Shown here in pieces: positions 25,710 through 39,270 of a DNA stretch of 64,000 nt. Location: assembly GCA_013265495.1 (NCBI GenBank), contig MU058654.1, positions 186,001 to 250,000 on the forward strand. The letters are read 5' to 3'. Position 1 is the stretch's first letter. The number at the start of each line of letters is the position of its first letter. The stretch is from Vicugna vicugna (taxonomy: Eukaryota). The position numbers and the translations under genes were made by a program. Under the pieces are notes generated by a model, which saw only the letters and a program-made list of their open reading frames with translations, searched no databases and had not been told where the DNA came from.

Positions 25710-27416
25710 GTTGGAATCTACAAGCATTAAACACACTCTCACCAAGGATACATGCCTGTACCAGTTCATAAAGACTTTTCACCCACTGTGATCTTGCATA
25801 ATTAATTCATGCTGTGGAAGTGAGAAGATCTTTCAAAACAGAACTCTGGAGTCCGGGAGGCCTCATCACCTTCCACTTGTGGATTATTCAGTTGCCATAG
25901 AAACCTGCCCTGGCTCTCCCACAACCTGCAGCTGCAGGCGCCCTGACTCCCTCACAACAGGCAGGAAGAAGGGAACCTCCATCATTAGAGCTCCTGCTGA
26001 CGTGGTTTCAGTGCTGGGGAAACTGAGAAGTGGGGCTGAATGGAGGTAGGTGGTCAGGAACGAAGGCAATCAGGATGCCATTTTTGTTCCCGATCTTGTT
26101 TCAATGTTGTTGCTTTCTGGTGGGCTCCTAAGACAGGATCAAAGGACAAAATGAAATAGCAAGTAGACACCCACTGGCATTGCCTGCCGTCAGCTAAATG
26201 TGCTTCTCGTGTCCTCCGGAGGGTTTTAGCCCCTCAAGAGTACCATTATCAGCCCCATATACATGCCCGGCGACAATTCAAATTTCTAATCAGATTTGAA
26301 AGCCACTCTAAGAAATCTGACCTGAGATGTTTTATTAGTGATTGGACGTAGCCCTTTTGTCCATTTCTTACTTTTCACAAGCAAGCAAATGAATTACCCA
26401 AATCGATCCCCACCTCCCAAAAGAAAAATAAATTTCTGCCTGTGTCTTTGTAGAAAGTATTACAAATATAAGATGCACAATAACTTCACAGTTACAAGTG
26501 TATGTGTCTCACTACATATAAAGTGTATATGTCAATATAATGTGTGTGTGTGTATATATATATATGTATAATGTTCATGTTTAATTGTTTGACATTTAGG
26601 TAGCTTTTACTACATCTTCATAATTTTTGAGTTCCCTTCAAACATTTTAGCAATTTAACCTGAAAAATTCAAGAGAAAAAAATCAAGGCCAAATTTCTGA
26701 AGGCTAAGTGAAACCAGCTATTTGTTTACAAATTTAATAGACAGTTAATAGAGAGACACAGGACTAAGGAAAGAATATTTACTCCTAAAATTTGTTTTAA
26801 AGTAAGCCTGAATCTCAAGATATATTGAGCATTGAAACCATTTTTCATTCCTACGCATTTCTTCACCTATGTTTGTTCAGCTACTTTTAATTTTATATTT
26901 TTAAAGATGTGTTTTACTTTTAGTAGTTTAATACTATTTGAGAATTACACTTTTAAAATCTCACTTAAATGCTTTACCTTCTAGAAGATGAACATACTTT
27001 TCTACTGAAGAATAAATCTTCAAGTTTCAAAATCATGTTTTATTGCCATTTAAAACCATATAAGAAATGAAATGAAGTCCTATATTCTTATAAACATGAT
27101 TCAGTCATTTCTAAAATTCTAAGCCATATCAAGAAAAGAATGACTATGGTTAGATATATTTTAATTATGTTGTACATCATGTGTATAATTTTGCTTAAGG
27201 GATTAAAAATATAACATATATGTGTGTCTATATATACATATATATAAACCCAAAGTCTCATGCATCTATTATGTGCCGGATGCAGGAACAGATATTCTGC
27301 ACACTGATCAGCTAATCCTTACAGTAGCTGTGGAAGTTCCTAAGTATTTAGTTAATATCAGACCTTTTTTCAATTGGAAACATTTGAAATTTAAAATACA
27401 TCTAAATAGCCAGTTA

Positions 27417-28126
27417 ACCACTGTGGAAAACAATATGGAGATTCCTCAAAAGACTAGGAATAGACTTACCATGTGACCCAGGAATCCTGCTCCTGGGCTT
27501 ATACCCAGAAGGAACCCTACTTCAAAATGACACCTGCACCCCAATGTTCATAGCAGCACTATTTACAATAGTCAAGACATGGAAACAGCCTAAATGTCCA
27601 TCAACAGACGACTGGATGAAGAAGAGGTGGTATATTTATACAATGGAATACTATTCAGCCATAAAAACAGACAACATAACGCCATTTGCAGCAACATGGA
27701 TGCTCCTGGAGAATGTCATTCTAAGTGAAGTAAGCCAGAAAGAGAAAGAAAAATACCATATGAGATCGCTCATATGCAGAATCTTGAAGAAAAAAACAAA
27801 CACATAAATACAAAACAGAAACAGACTCATAGACATAGAATACAAACTTGTGGTTGCCAAGGGGACAGGGGGTGGGAAAGGACAGACTGGGATTTTAAAA
27901 TGCAGACTAGATAAATAAGATTATACTGTATAGCACGGGGAAAAATATACAAGATCTTGTGGTAGCTCATAGCGAAAAAAAATGTGACAATGAATATACA
28001 CATTTTCATGTATGACTGAAAAATTGTGCTCTACACTGGAATTTGACACAATATTGTAAAATAACTATTACTCAATAAAAAAAATGTAAAGAAAAAATGT
28101 GATTTTTCAGAGCTGGTTAAAAAAGA
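27417..28126 (+). mobile_element. Young 5'-truncated L1 (ORF2 C-terminus, 3' UTR, A-tail)
   Basis: ORF 27544-27807 [24 protein letters not shown] is the L1 ORF2 C-terminus; perfect 13-bp TSD AAATAGCCAGTTA at 27404-27416 and 28127-28139. Confidence 0.96.
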
Positions 28127-30849
28127 AAATAGCCAGTTAGAAGTAGGGACGTTTTTTCCAGCACTCAGGCATTACTTACAAGTGATCATATGTTAGATCA
28201 CAAATAGTCTCTCAATATTATTTAACCTTACAACAAATAATACCTGCAAAGTTTCTTTATTTTATTAATCTTCTCATTATTTCAAAAATAGTTGAATGTG
28301 GGTTATGGAATGGATGAACTTAAGGCCCAGGTTGCCCAGCATGTCCCAGTTTAGCTTGCTGTCCAGAAATCATTACTAACAGCCCCCCTTTCACTCTCAA
28401 AAGTGTACCCAGTAGGATGATAAATTAACCGGCTTCCCCACTTAAAGGCCATCGTAACATATACCAGGGTAACAAAAGTAAGAAGTGTGGTGGGAAGGGT
28501 GGTTTGAATTTCTGTTGCTCTTGTGGTTAACTCAGTTGTTGCTTTCATAGAACCAATGGGATATTTACAAAAATTGTTACAGCCCAAAATTAAAATTTTA
28601 ACAAATTATCCAGAGTAGAATGTGCAGTAGTCACATTCATGAACATAGACAGACACTAAGACCAAAAGTTTAAGTAAAAGCCCTATTGGCTAGAAATTAG
28701 AAGATACTCTTTCAAAATTTGATTTCTGAATCCTAGTGGAAACCAAAATAGCAGTTAGAAATAATAATAACATGCAGAGTAATAAACAGATTTTTTTAAG
28801 ACAGAGGCAGTTCTGCCTTGAGAGTGAATTTCATATCCTAAGTGTTTTCATTATTAAGCAAAAAGAATAAATAAACAAGCAAGCAGAGCATTCAATTATA
28901 ACATTTTACTGAGAGGAACTAGATGTCCAAGGGAAGCAAGAGGGAATCTGTAATAAGGTTGAAAATGAATTAGAAAAAAAAAAGACATTTTAAATGACAA
29001 ATTCAGGAGATACTTTGCTTTCTCCTTTTAAAATACCAACCAAAGGACACATGTTGCCCAAGGAAAGGTAAGTAAAAAGAGAGAACTTGTAGTTTTAATA
29101 AGAAATGGAAATTCACCCCAGTTACCAAGATCATTTTGCAGTAAGAGACAACTGAATGCAATTCTGTCCTAAAAATATATAGAAACGTAAACATAAGCCA
29201 AAGTTTTGTGGGGAAAAACGTGTCAAGATTTGACTTAAAAGAAAAAAAAAAGAAACACGAATAAGCCAATAACTATGAAAGAAATTAAAAACATCAATGC
29301 TCCATCTCTAAGCGCAAATTCAGATTTTTTTTTTCACCCCTTCAGACCTTTAAATTCTTAGACTTCAGACGGTGGTCATGACCTTGCCCCTGTGAACTTG
29401 TCCAGAGCATAAGAAAATGAAAACGTCCCACTTATTTTCCCAAAGCAAACACAACCCCGATCTCAAAACAACACAAGCCCCTGAAACACAAAAATTCTAA
29501 AATAGTTTAGTTCTTCTAATCAGTACACCATAATTAAATAGGGCTTACTAGATAACTGTGAAGATGGTTCAAAATTAGGGATTGGAGTTAAAGAATCCAT
29601 TATATCAGAGAAGAAACCCCATGTGGGAATCATGACAAATGCCAAAAAGTTATTTTGTAAAATACTGCATTTCATTAATTAAAAAAGAAAAACTATTAAA
29701 TTAATTCCTGACACGAAATATCGATGTTCCAAAATACCCTACAGAATTTCTCTCTGAAGCCAACCAAGATCTTCATGTCTAATGGGAAAGTATGAAGTGC
29801 ATTCCCATTAGAATTCAGAACATGCAAAGACAGACACGTGGAGAAAGAGGATAAGAGAAACGTGTCAAGTAGGCGATGATTGTTGTTGAGTGTTGAGGTT
29901 CTTAGATGATTTTTTCCTCTTGATTATTTCTCTTTTCTAAATGTCACAATGATCAAGTTTTACCCTAACAATGATCTAATAATGAACCTTTAATAATAAC
30001 TCATAGATACTTTAAAAATATATATAAAAATATATAATAAATAAAAAATACATAATAAAATATGGTTAAGGACATTCTATGGAAGTTTATATAAACATGC
30101 TTGTTATAAAGTTTTATGCTTGCCCTATAGGCTGGGCTGGCCATCATCGGGTGCCCACCAGTACAGCCAGACAGGTTGCTAAAATGCGAGATAATTCTGT
30201 ATCAGGGGAGATGCCTTCTTCCCAATGCCCCCAGTGTTCCTGACAAGCCCTCGAGCTGCTGAGCCCCAGTTCTGGACCACCAGTGCTCAGCAGCAATTTC
30301 GGATCCTGGCCCAGCCTAGCAGAAGGCCTAGAAGACGTGGCTCCACCCATAAAGTTGGCATCCGCTCTGAATGGTCCATAGGTCCGTGCATTACTGGTTG
30401 CCAAGTATTTTGAACATCACTAGTGTCTATACACCTGCCACCTGTGAATTCTGCAGCAGTGATGCAACCGCATGGTGGGAGGAGGTAGACAGTCCTCAGG
30501 AAGTTTAAATAAAACACAAGCCAATTGCTCCACAGAAGCAGTATTCCTGACATGAAAAAAGGAATCGCCATTGCTGTCTTGGTCCCAACCAACTCTCCTC
30601 ACACAGAGTGCTCTGGTAATACAATCAGCAAGGACCCCCCCACCGACAGCACCCCTGCTGGACAGTCAGAGAATTACCAGGGAGCTGCTTTTTTTTCATC
30701 ACCCAAGTCAAGACTATTCTTGTACCCCTATCTCGGTGCTCTGCCTACGTCAGGGGCTGAGATATTTATACCAGAGGAAAGGAGACTGTAACAGAATAAA
30801 TGATATCTTATTTCTGGTTATATGATGCAATTTATCACATCATATCTGT

Positions 30850-31050
30850 TGAACTTCTACTTAAGCACTTTATATATATATATGTATCATCTCTGGATTC
30901 TCCAATCACACTGCAAGACAGTTATTATCACGAACTATTTTATCCTTTTATAGAAGGACTTAGGCCAGAGGCATTGGGTAGCTTGTTCAAGGTCAGACAA
31001 CTACCGAAGGTCAGAAGCCACATTTAAAACGAATTCTGACTGTCCAACTT
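30850..31050 (-). mobile_element. MIR SINE
   Basis: TAAGCACTTTATAT...TAGCTTGTTCAAGGTCAGACAACTA...CAGAAGCCACATTTAAAAC. Confidence 0.7.
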
Positions 31051-33051
31051 TTAATTATTTAGTATTGAAAGTTCCAAGTCTCTTGATCACTCTGCTATCT
31101 GGCTGCTCTATGATTGAGACCTTGATCCAGCCCCTTCTGAAACTCCGGCTGTGCCCACCACCCTGTGGCTCCCTTCTCACGTAAGAAGTGGGGCTGGGCA
31201 TCATTTAAAACAAACCCCAGGTGTTAAGTGGAGATCTTGAGGCAGGAAGGGTGGTACACAGAGCAGCGGGTTTTCATCTCTGCTATAAAATAGTTTCTGT
31301 GCCCGCCTCTTTCCCTCCATTCAGCTCTCTTCACCAAGCATACACTTTAATAGCCTAATTCGAGCCCCTGTGAATGGAAATGTAGAATGGAAACGGAGAC
31401 GCAGGTGAGGACAGAGGCAGGTGTGTCTCGCCTTCGTGAATTGGCAAAGCATCTTCGGGAGAGGGGTCCGCTGCCCATCTGCCCTCAGCCATGCCAGCCG
31501 TGCCCATGGCACGGAGAACAAAACCTCGCCCTGTGTTCTCCTTTCATCGACCATGTTTTCCTTTACTTTGACGTCGGCTTCCAGATCGCTTGCTGTGATG
31601 CGCTACACCTTTCATATTTCCTTTCCAGTCATAATATTTCTTCAGCCATAACCTCGGCACTTTGAGGAATAATTGTCCCTGACAAGAGGGTGAATCACTG
31701 ACAGGGAGTTGATAAGCATTACATACAGATGACAGAAGTCAGGACATATCGGATTACTGCTGTGAATATAATAAAAGAGAGACTAAACACTTTGGCAGCT
31801 CCAAGACAAGCCATTTCATAACTCTCTAGTGGGGCTATTATCTTCCATTTACCGCCGCTGATAACCAGGTTGTGGCTGTCTCTCCACGATCTAGTTTCAA
31901 TTCACTTAACACATTGCTGACCAGACGTGGTGGAGGAGGCAGAGATGATAATCAGGATTTTTTTTTTTTGGCATTTATTTTTAAAGTTTATCTTCATGTG
32001 TCCCCCTTCCAGCCTGATAAGGTCCTGCATGAGGGGGCTTTAAGCCTTCCTGGAGAAGGCTGAGTGCCGCCAAGCTCCCTTTAATCTATGCCTCCCTGTT
32101 TCCTTTGAAGCCCTCCTATCCAGCCGCAGAAGTGACAATCCACTTTCTCTACTCCTCTGATATACCTGGGTCTAAAAGCCCGGTGCAGCAAACAACCAGG
32201 CTATTTTTATATTTTGGGACTTTGAGGAGATAAGATTTTATTTTTTTGTCTTAGCTAGTCTGAGCCACCTGAAGAGACAGATCAAGAGTTGTGTTATCTG
32301 TCAGTATAGACAGCCGGCAGCAGTGAGGATGCTAAATGCACCTTCGGAATCATGATGCAGATGACATTTATAAGAACTAGGAGAGATCTGGTTTCCAAAT
32401 ACGTAGGAAATAAATTTAATGTGTCAGAATTTTGGGTAGGAAAGTCAGGACAAAGAGGAAAAACAATACAGAGGGAAAGAAACCCTCAGTCAGGAATGAT
32501 CCTGTCCCTGCAGGCAGCTTTGCCAGTGTCGGAGCTGAACAAGAGGTTGCAGCCTGCAAAGTGCTCATTCTGAAATGATGGTGCCTGTCTGATTGTTGCA
32601 GTTTTGTGTGTGCAACCTGTTCTCAAGAGCCGAGAATTCTTAGACCTCCTCTTCTTTGAATGGATGCTCGTTGAACGATCCATTTATTGTCTTTATGTTA
32701 ACAACAACAAAAAAACCCCAATTGTTTATTGGTAACCCACCTTATCAGATGCACTAGGTAAATTCAGACTAGGGGTTCTCATAAGAGGAGCAGGCTCAAG
32801 AACCAGGCAGGCTAGCATTAGAGTCAGCCAGACCCGGAAGAGCAGGAAACCACTGGGACAGGGCAGATGTGAGCATGAGAAAATAGACCTACCACATAAA
32901 AAATGGCCAGAGAGTTTGAAAGAGTCAAATAGAATTTAAGAAAATATTGGTATCAGGGGTCAATCTGTGAGGCCTGAGGAAGTGGAGTATCATTCAAAGA
33001 TTCCTTGAGAACAGTCACTCCTGTTGGGCAGCAGACATTGGGCTGGAGCCC

Positions 33052-33191
33052 AGTAGCCCACCATGTACCACTGGGCAGGTTGTGCACTGCCCCATTCCAG
33101 GAAGCATCATTCACAAAAGAGTGTATGTCAACTTCACACCCTCATGCTGTGTTTTGACCATCTACCTGCACAACTGTACTCAGTGACTCTG
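33052..33191. mobile_element. MER91A-like palindromic hAT MITE
   Basis: GCAGGTTGTGCACTGC...CATTCACA...ACCTGCACAACTGTAC, an imperfect inverted structure with CAG...CTG ends. Confidence 0.55.
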
Positions 33192-34029
33192 GATGGAGAT
33201 GCAAGAAAAAAAAAAAAACAGGGTTCTCCAGGATTTTTGCATTCCATGTTCTCCAGAATTTTTCTGAAGAATTCACATAGCTGATAAATTCAGAAAACTG
33301 GAGCCAAAGCCCAGTTGCCAAGTGGTTTCCTGGATAAAATATGGTTAATCAGCAGCACGGAGAGTTCAGCTCAACCTTGGCAAGACGCTTACCAGTTTGT
33401 ACTCTGAAACCCAAAAATGGTGATGCTAAGTTTGTTGATAAATGTCCTGTCCAACTCTGATGGCTCAGCAGCTGGAGCAAGTAAGTACTCCTGGGCTGAT
33501 GGGTGAGGTTCTCTTAGTAAATACACCTGCAGGCAAGATAAACTGATCTAGACTGCCAATAATCAGATCCAATTGAGATGCGGTGGGAGATGTTCTGTTC
33601 TGTAACCACACAGCGTCCTCTCTAAACTTGCTCACATGCTCCCTAGAAGTCTGACTCAATGGGCAGTGGCCACTGCCTAGTCAGCACAGGGTCTTTACCA
33701 ACCAACTTTTGGACTTTCAGTGAAGGCTACAGAATTCTTACAAGAGGAAATATCTGTGAAACATTTCTTTCTTTCATTTTGTCTTTACATGTTGATGGTT
33801 GCATTCAAATGAGTCTTATGAACAAGCCGTATGGCATGAACTTTTATTTCTTTTGCTTCCAGATTCCAAATCCCAGGGCTAGGCCGAAGCTTGCTCAGAA
33901 TCACTGATTTCTTTAGTGGAGGGGTTTCATTCTGCAACAGTGCCTGGGAGCTCAGTTGCCAGTGGGTGGACTCAGACCAGGAGAACCAGAAAACTGGAGG
34001 GAAAGGATGAGAACCACCGGGATGGGGGT

Positions 34030-34215
34030 CCCTACCATGTGCCAATCACCAAACACTTTAACTTCCACGTAGCCCTCGGAGGTGAGAATCATTATCGCTG
34101 TTTTAAGGATGAAGTAACTCAGATTCAGAGTTTGCCAATGTCCTTCAGCAAGTAAGTGATGAATCCAAGTTTGAGCCCATGCGTCTGACCAAAGCCAAGT
34201 TGTTTGACTCCTCTA
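34030..34215 (-). mobile_element. MIR SINE
   Basis: CCTACCATGTGCCA...TTTTAAGGATGAAGTAACTCAGATTCAGAG...TTTGAGCCCATGCGTCTGAC. Confidence 0.7.
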
Positions 34216-35064
34216 AGATCACCCTCACTGTAGGAACTGCTGTCAGTCAGCTCCCTCTATCCCATCCCCGCAACTTCCAGAGAAAGATCCAGCTGTCCTT
34301 CTGGAAGAAAACAAATCCATCCAGAGCATCAGAATATAAGACCAGGAATATAGTCAGAGAAGAAAGAGAAGCTATTATATCATCATCATCAGGCAATATG
34401 CAAACATGTATGCAAGCAATCCAAAAGCAGCAATTAGAGACATTTGGCAACAGGCAGCAAATTCTTGGCCCTTAGACCAAGGAGCAGAATTTCATTTCTC
34501 TGGAGGAGAGAGCATGGTATGAGAGAGCAGAACCGTAGTCTTATATAAACAGAGTTCCAGGAAAGCCCTCTGGACAGAAACTCAGAGTCCGGGGGTATAT
34601 GAGTGGGACCCTTCTCTTCTGGGACTGAGGTTCCTGACGGGGTGGGACGGGGCCAACAAAGAAGGTTAGAGTAAGATTCCCAGGGAGTGGACTTATTACT
34701 AAACCACCTACGCAGTTGACTTTGGCTTCCGATGTCCCTGCTGAAGATAAGACCGACCCAGCCCCTGGGCTGTACCCAAAGGTGAAGACCCTTTGAAAGT
34801 AAAAGTAACTTTACAGAGACAAGGTGTCAGGAAGTCAGGCAGAATTTGCTTTTGGAGGTCCTCGCCGAGCCTTCCATATCCAGTTTGTGCATTCCACCTC
34901 TTATAGATAATCAATAGGCAAATTAATACTCGAAGATGCTATGAATTTCCTGCCAAGCTCGGCACCTATGAAAGGTAATTCTGTTGTCTTTAGGTATGAC
35001 AACCTGATCTGAAAAACCACGTACACAGAGAATTTTAAAACAACTTCTGTGAGAGACAGCCAGG

Positions 35065-35315
35065 CAGGGTGATGTGTGCTCCAAGAACGTCAGCTCTAGA
35101 ATGGGACAGTCATATTCCACTGGTGGCTTGACCACCGACTGCCCAGGGACTTGGTGGGGTAATTTAAATTCCTCCTTAACAGTTTCCTCTCACACAAAAT
35201 CAGGATAATGATAGCATTTTTATGAAGTCAAATTAGTTTTAAATGCCTTTTAAAATCAGCTCACAGTCAACTCAGTAAATGTAGGCTACAATGATGATCA
35301 TTATCATTATTATAG
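35065..35315 (+). mobile_element. MIR SINE
   Basis: CAGTTTCCTCTCACACAAAATCAGGATAATGATAGCA...CTCAGTAAATGTAGGCTA. Confidence 0.6.
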
Positions 35316-36977
35316 TTAGCATGAATTCCCAAACATGAAATTTCTGGGGCTTTTCCCATAAATTTTAGAGTCAATGAGATGGATATTTGGAATAGATTCC
35401 AAAAATGCATGATGAAACTCTAGGAACTGAATCTCAGGATTTCCCATCTATTTATAAATGTACTTTTAAATCATGCCAACAATTATTTTCCTGTGAAATC
35501 ATCTGTACTTTGTGGATTAGCTCTTTAAATGGGATCTTCATACACACTGTGGGACAAGCTGTTATCAGCTGAAATACTCCTCATATAAATTATAGTACAT
35601 AAAGTCACCTACTAAAATTGTTTATTTTTGATCATTAGGAAAACATTCTTTTTTGAACGATTCAAGAAAGATACAGTTTGTAAGACTAGTTTCTGAAGCA
35701 TAAAACCGTTGAGCCAAGATTTTACAAAATAAAATAATTTTACGGTCATACAAATACCTGCATTAAAAAATATCTTAGAGGATTCTTTTTAGAAAGTCAT
35801 CCTTAACTAACTTTGGGATCCAGTTCTAACAATCAAACATAAATGGATCGGGGTGGAAATAGTTAACAGGATGGTCATTACACCCATCATTGTGAAAGGT
35901 TTCTGCACTCGGGAAACCATTTTCTTAATTATTTTAGGTTAACACTTGTGTCTGTGGCGGAGGGAGGGAAGGGACATGTGTAATCTGAAACCTCAGATAT
36001 GGTGCCTGGCCTGAATTGAGAAACATTAAAGATTTTATTGCTAATACATTATAAATTATTTCTATTACTGTGGTCCTGTGGGTATTGCATTGTCAGTGCA
36101 CTTTGCCTATTACCTCACTTAATGTTATTAACACACTTTGGGGTATAAAATTACAGTTTTATCATGGAAACCTTAAACACTTACATCCAAAGTACTGAAT
36201 CAAGTTATTATCTTTACTGACCAGACCCGTTTTATTGTCGTTTTATCACTCATAAAATCTGAGATTCAATTTGATTTAACTATTAAGCAAACCTTGGTCT
36301 ACATGAGCTTAAATCCAGTTGTAATATTAATATATTAATATATAAGATGACTTCATTTTATTAAAGGTGAGGTAACTTAGAAAACCTCTTTTAATGTCCT
36401 TCTGCTGTGAAGAAATTTAACCTGACCTGTTTCCACGGCTGTTTCCCCAACATCGACAAAAATTTAAGATGATCTTCTTGGAGGATGTTGAGCAATATCT
36501 CTAACCTGCTTCTGGCCTTTATTAAATGCCTGGGACACATTAATCAGCCACAAAGTGGCATCACTCATCAAAGCGTCAAGAGGCAACGTCCAACCTTAAA
36601 ACAAAAAGCACTAAGAATCCATCAAGTTAAAGAAACATGGTCCACACTTAAGAAGTCTGAAGTAGAAACATGTCAGTCCATCATTTCCATAGCTCCCGAC
36701 ATAAAAGAGGGGGGATCAGCTCCCCGAGTCAATTTACCATACAGAAAATGGAAAACTACAGATAACAGCACAAATTGTGTAAAAGTTTTTTCTCACAGGG
36801 ACCCCTTCTGCTCTTGGCTTTACTCGTACAGGTTAGAAAGAAATTGTTAGGCAGATTTCACAGAAGAAAAAAATGTTTATCTCATTATGTTCAATGCCAT
36901 CTTGATATTGGTAAAAAAAAAACTTTGTAAATGATATTTGAAATATGCTACAGTCCACGGTAAGAAACCATACAAGA

Positions 36978-37104
36978 TGGAATAGCTCAGTGGTAGAGTG
37001 TGCTTAGCATGCATGAGGTCCTGGGTTCAATCCCCAGTACCTCCATTAAATACATACATACATACATAAACCTAATTACCCCCAAAAATAAAAAAATAAA
37101 AGAT
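36978..37104 (+). mobile_element. tRNA-Ala(AGC)-derived SINE (camelid Vic-1-like)
   Basis: A box TAGCTCAGTGG (36983-36993), CTTAGCAT anticodon loop, B box GGTTCAATCCC (37024-37034), (TACA)n and A-rich tail, 15-bp TSD with 3 mismatches. Confidence 0.9.
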
Positions 37105-37899
37105 AGAAACTGTATAAGAGTAACTTGTTTATGTAAGTCTATAGATTTGCTCTTTCCAAAACGTATCAAGTGTTAAGGGGTCCCCTACTGGAAATTATCA
37201 TTTTGAAGACACTCTGCAATTTTATAGCTCAGAAGAGGCAGGATGGAGCAAAGATTTGGGTTGGCCAAATATCTAGTATTCTAATCTTTAATTTCAGCAC
37301 CTGCGAAGAAGAAATAGCACCTACCTTCTCCACAAGCTGCCAAAGGCTTACGTTATGAATGTGTCTGGCACAGAGGGGGTGCTCAGCAAGCAATCACTCA
37401 ATCATTTTCCCTATTCCTGGATCAACATGAAATATGGCCTTAGAAGACAGCATGCCATTACACCTTTACACCTAGAATCATAAATAGATGGAAAGATAGC
37501 CAAAGGGCGAGAGGGTCCCTAATGCATAGCTTAGTGCATGGGAAGCAATGGCGCTCGGTGCTCCCTGCACCTCCTAAAAGCATCTCACACTGGAAGCTGC
37601 ACTTTTTTAAACAGAAATCTTCTTCCTTTGGAGATATTCTCATGTTCCAAAGACTTTTTGTCAACACAGAATCTTGAGGAAAATGCTTGACACTTATTTA
37701 ACAAGAGCCGGCTTTGAATATTCAAATTGTCAAGCAAAATAAGAAAGCAGAAGATTCCTTGGAATTGGAAGGAAGCCTGATGGCAGCCATATCACAGCAG
37801 CTTCACAAGTGGGTAAAACCTGGTGAAAAGAGAACCGCTGTTGTTGTTGATGAGGTCGCGGGACATGGACTGATAAAGCCAGAGTGGGCTTCAGAGGTC

Positions 37900-38015
37900 A
37901 GCAAATTCAGCTACTGCCTTTATAGGCAAGGAAATGGGAGCTTAGCAAGAGTTAGACATTTTTCCAAAGTCACACAACTGTTTGATGGGAAGATCAAACC
38001 CAACACCCAGGCTTC
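37900..38015 (-). mobile_element. MIR fragment
   Basis: TTTATAGGCAAGGAAATGGGAGCTTAG...TCCAAAGTCACACAACT...ATCAAACCCA. Confidence 0.65.
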
Positions 38016-38969
38016 CTCGCCCCCTCCGCCCCGGACTGTGATGGCCCCCGGCTGGGAGGAGGCGCTAAGCCCAGGGGCAAGCTATGAATCAGTGGAGGCT
38101 GTCCTCAGAGCGTCAGCCTTCAGGTTTTGTGCACTCTTCCTGCAATACCCATTGGCTGAGTCCCCTGCTCAATGGCAGGTTGTATGCTGAGCACCATGGT
38201 CAACACCAGCAACCAAGACTTGTGTGTTCCTCTTCAGCACACTCTATCTTTAATCTTGAGGCTCTAAGATGTCATTGTGATGTATTTGATTAGGTCTTCC
38301 CCTTCCCATCTGTATTTTCTGGAATTGAGTGCGCCCCTTCAGTGGGAGGCTGTCTTTTTCCTTCAATGTGAGGAATAATTCTCTCATTGGTATTCCAAGT
38401 ACCACCTCCCTCCATCCACTTGTCTTTGCCTGTTCATTTTGAACCGCTTGTTAAAGGAAATAGAGATCTCTAAAGTATGTTCTCCACGTTCTCTTAAACT
38501 TTCTCCCATATTTTCTGCATCTCTTTGGTCTTTTGTACTGCATTCCAGTAGAAATGCCTCACAATGATCTTTGAGCTCTTTCTCTTCAGCTGCGCCCTTT
38601 TGCCATTTACCTATTTACTTAATGTTTTATTGTAAGTCATAAGCAAATTTTAAATTTCTGAGACTTCTGGATGACTGTGTTTTTCTGGATGCATCATTTT
38701 CCATGTCTAAGCATATTAATTTAATATGAAGTAATGTATGTAATGCACACTTGCATAAATAAATTTAATATAATTTATAATTAATTTTACCTTGTTCTAA
38801 TGACCATTATTAATTATATTCTTTTAAAGTCCTGTTTACATGATTAGCTCTGTGTTCTCGTAGTTTCTTCCCTTGCCTTCTGTTCCTCAGTAATATCCCT
38901 AGATGTGAGTCCCTCCTTCTTTAAGCCTATAAAACAAGAAATATGATTAAAGAAGACTAACTACCCTTC

Positions 38970-39270
38970 TTAACCCCTCACCTTGCTCAGTCGCTCCTCC
39001 AACTCTAAGTAATATTTTTCCCTCTTTTTGGTTTTGATTTACTCTTTATGTACATATATGTATATAATATATCCATATCCCTTAGGTACTACACTGTGTG
39101 AGATATAAACGTTAGAAACACTTTCCCCCATTTGCTTTTTCACTTAACCATACATCCTGAAGACTAACCACACAAGGATATGAAGATGATTTCCCATTTC
39201 TAGTTAACAGCTGCACAGCATTCCCCTATATGCATATACTATAGGCTACTTAATCAATCCCTTAGAATTT
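38970..39270 (-). mobile_element. Ancient L1ME-type 3' UTR remnant
   Basis: TTGCTTTTTCACTTAAC...TTAACAGCTGCACAGCATTCCC...TACTTAATCAATCCC. Confidence 0.6.

Noticed and set aside
30144..30825. Cluster of overlapping ORFs suggesting a processed pseudogene
   Set aside because: No recognisable parent protein, polyA tail or TSD; explained by locally higher GC
36485..36850. 121-aa ATG-initiated ORF in unique sequence
   Set aside because: No family similarity I recognise and no supporting promoter or splice context; length is within chance range
36978..37050. Possible tRNA-Ala(AGC) gene
   Set aside because: Acceptor stem is degenerate, the anticodon-stem region is shortened, and it carries a simple-repeat/A tail and TSD, so it is a SINE
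37714..38190. Longest ORF in the track (158 aa)
   Set aside because: Non-ATG start, runs through MIR-derived sequence, no recognisable domain or exon boundaries
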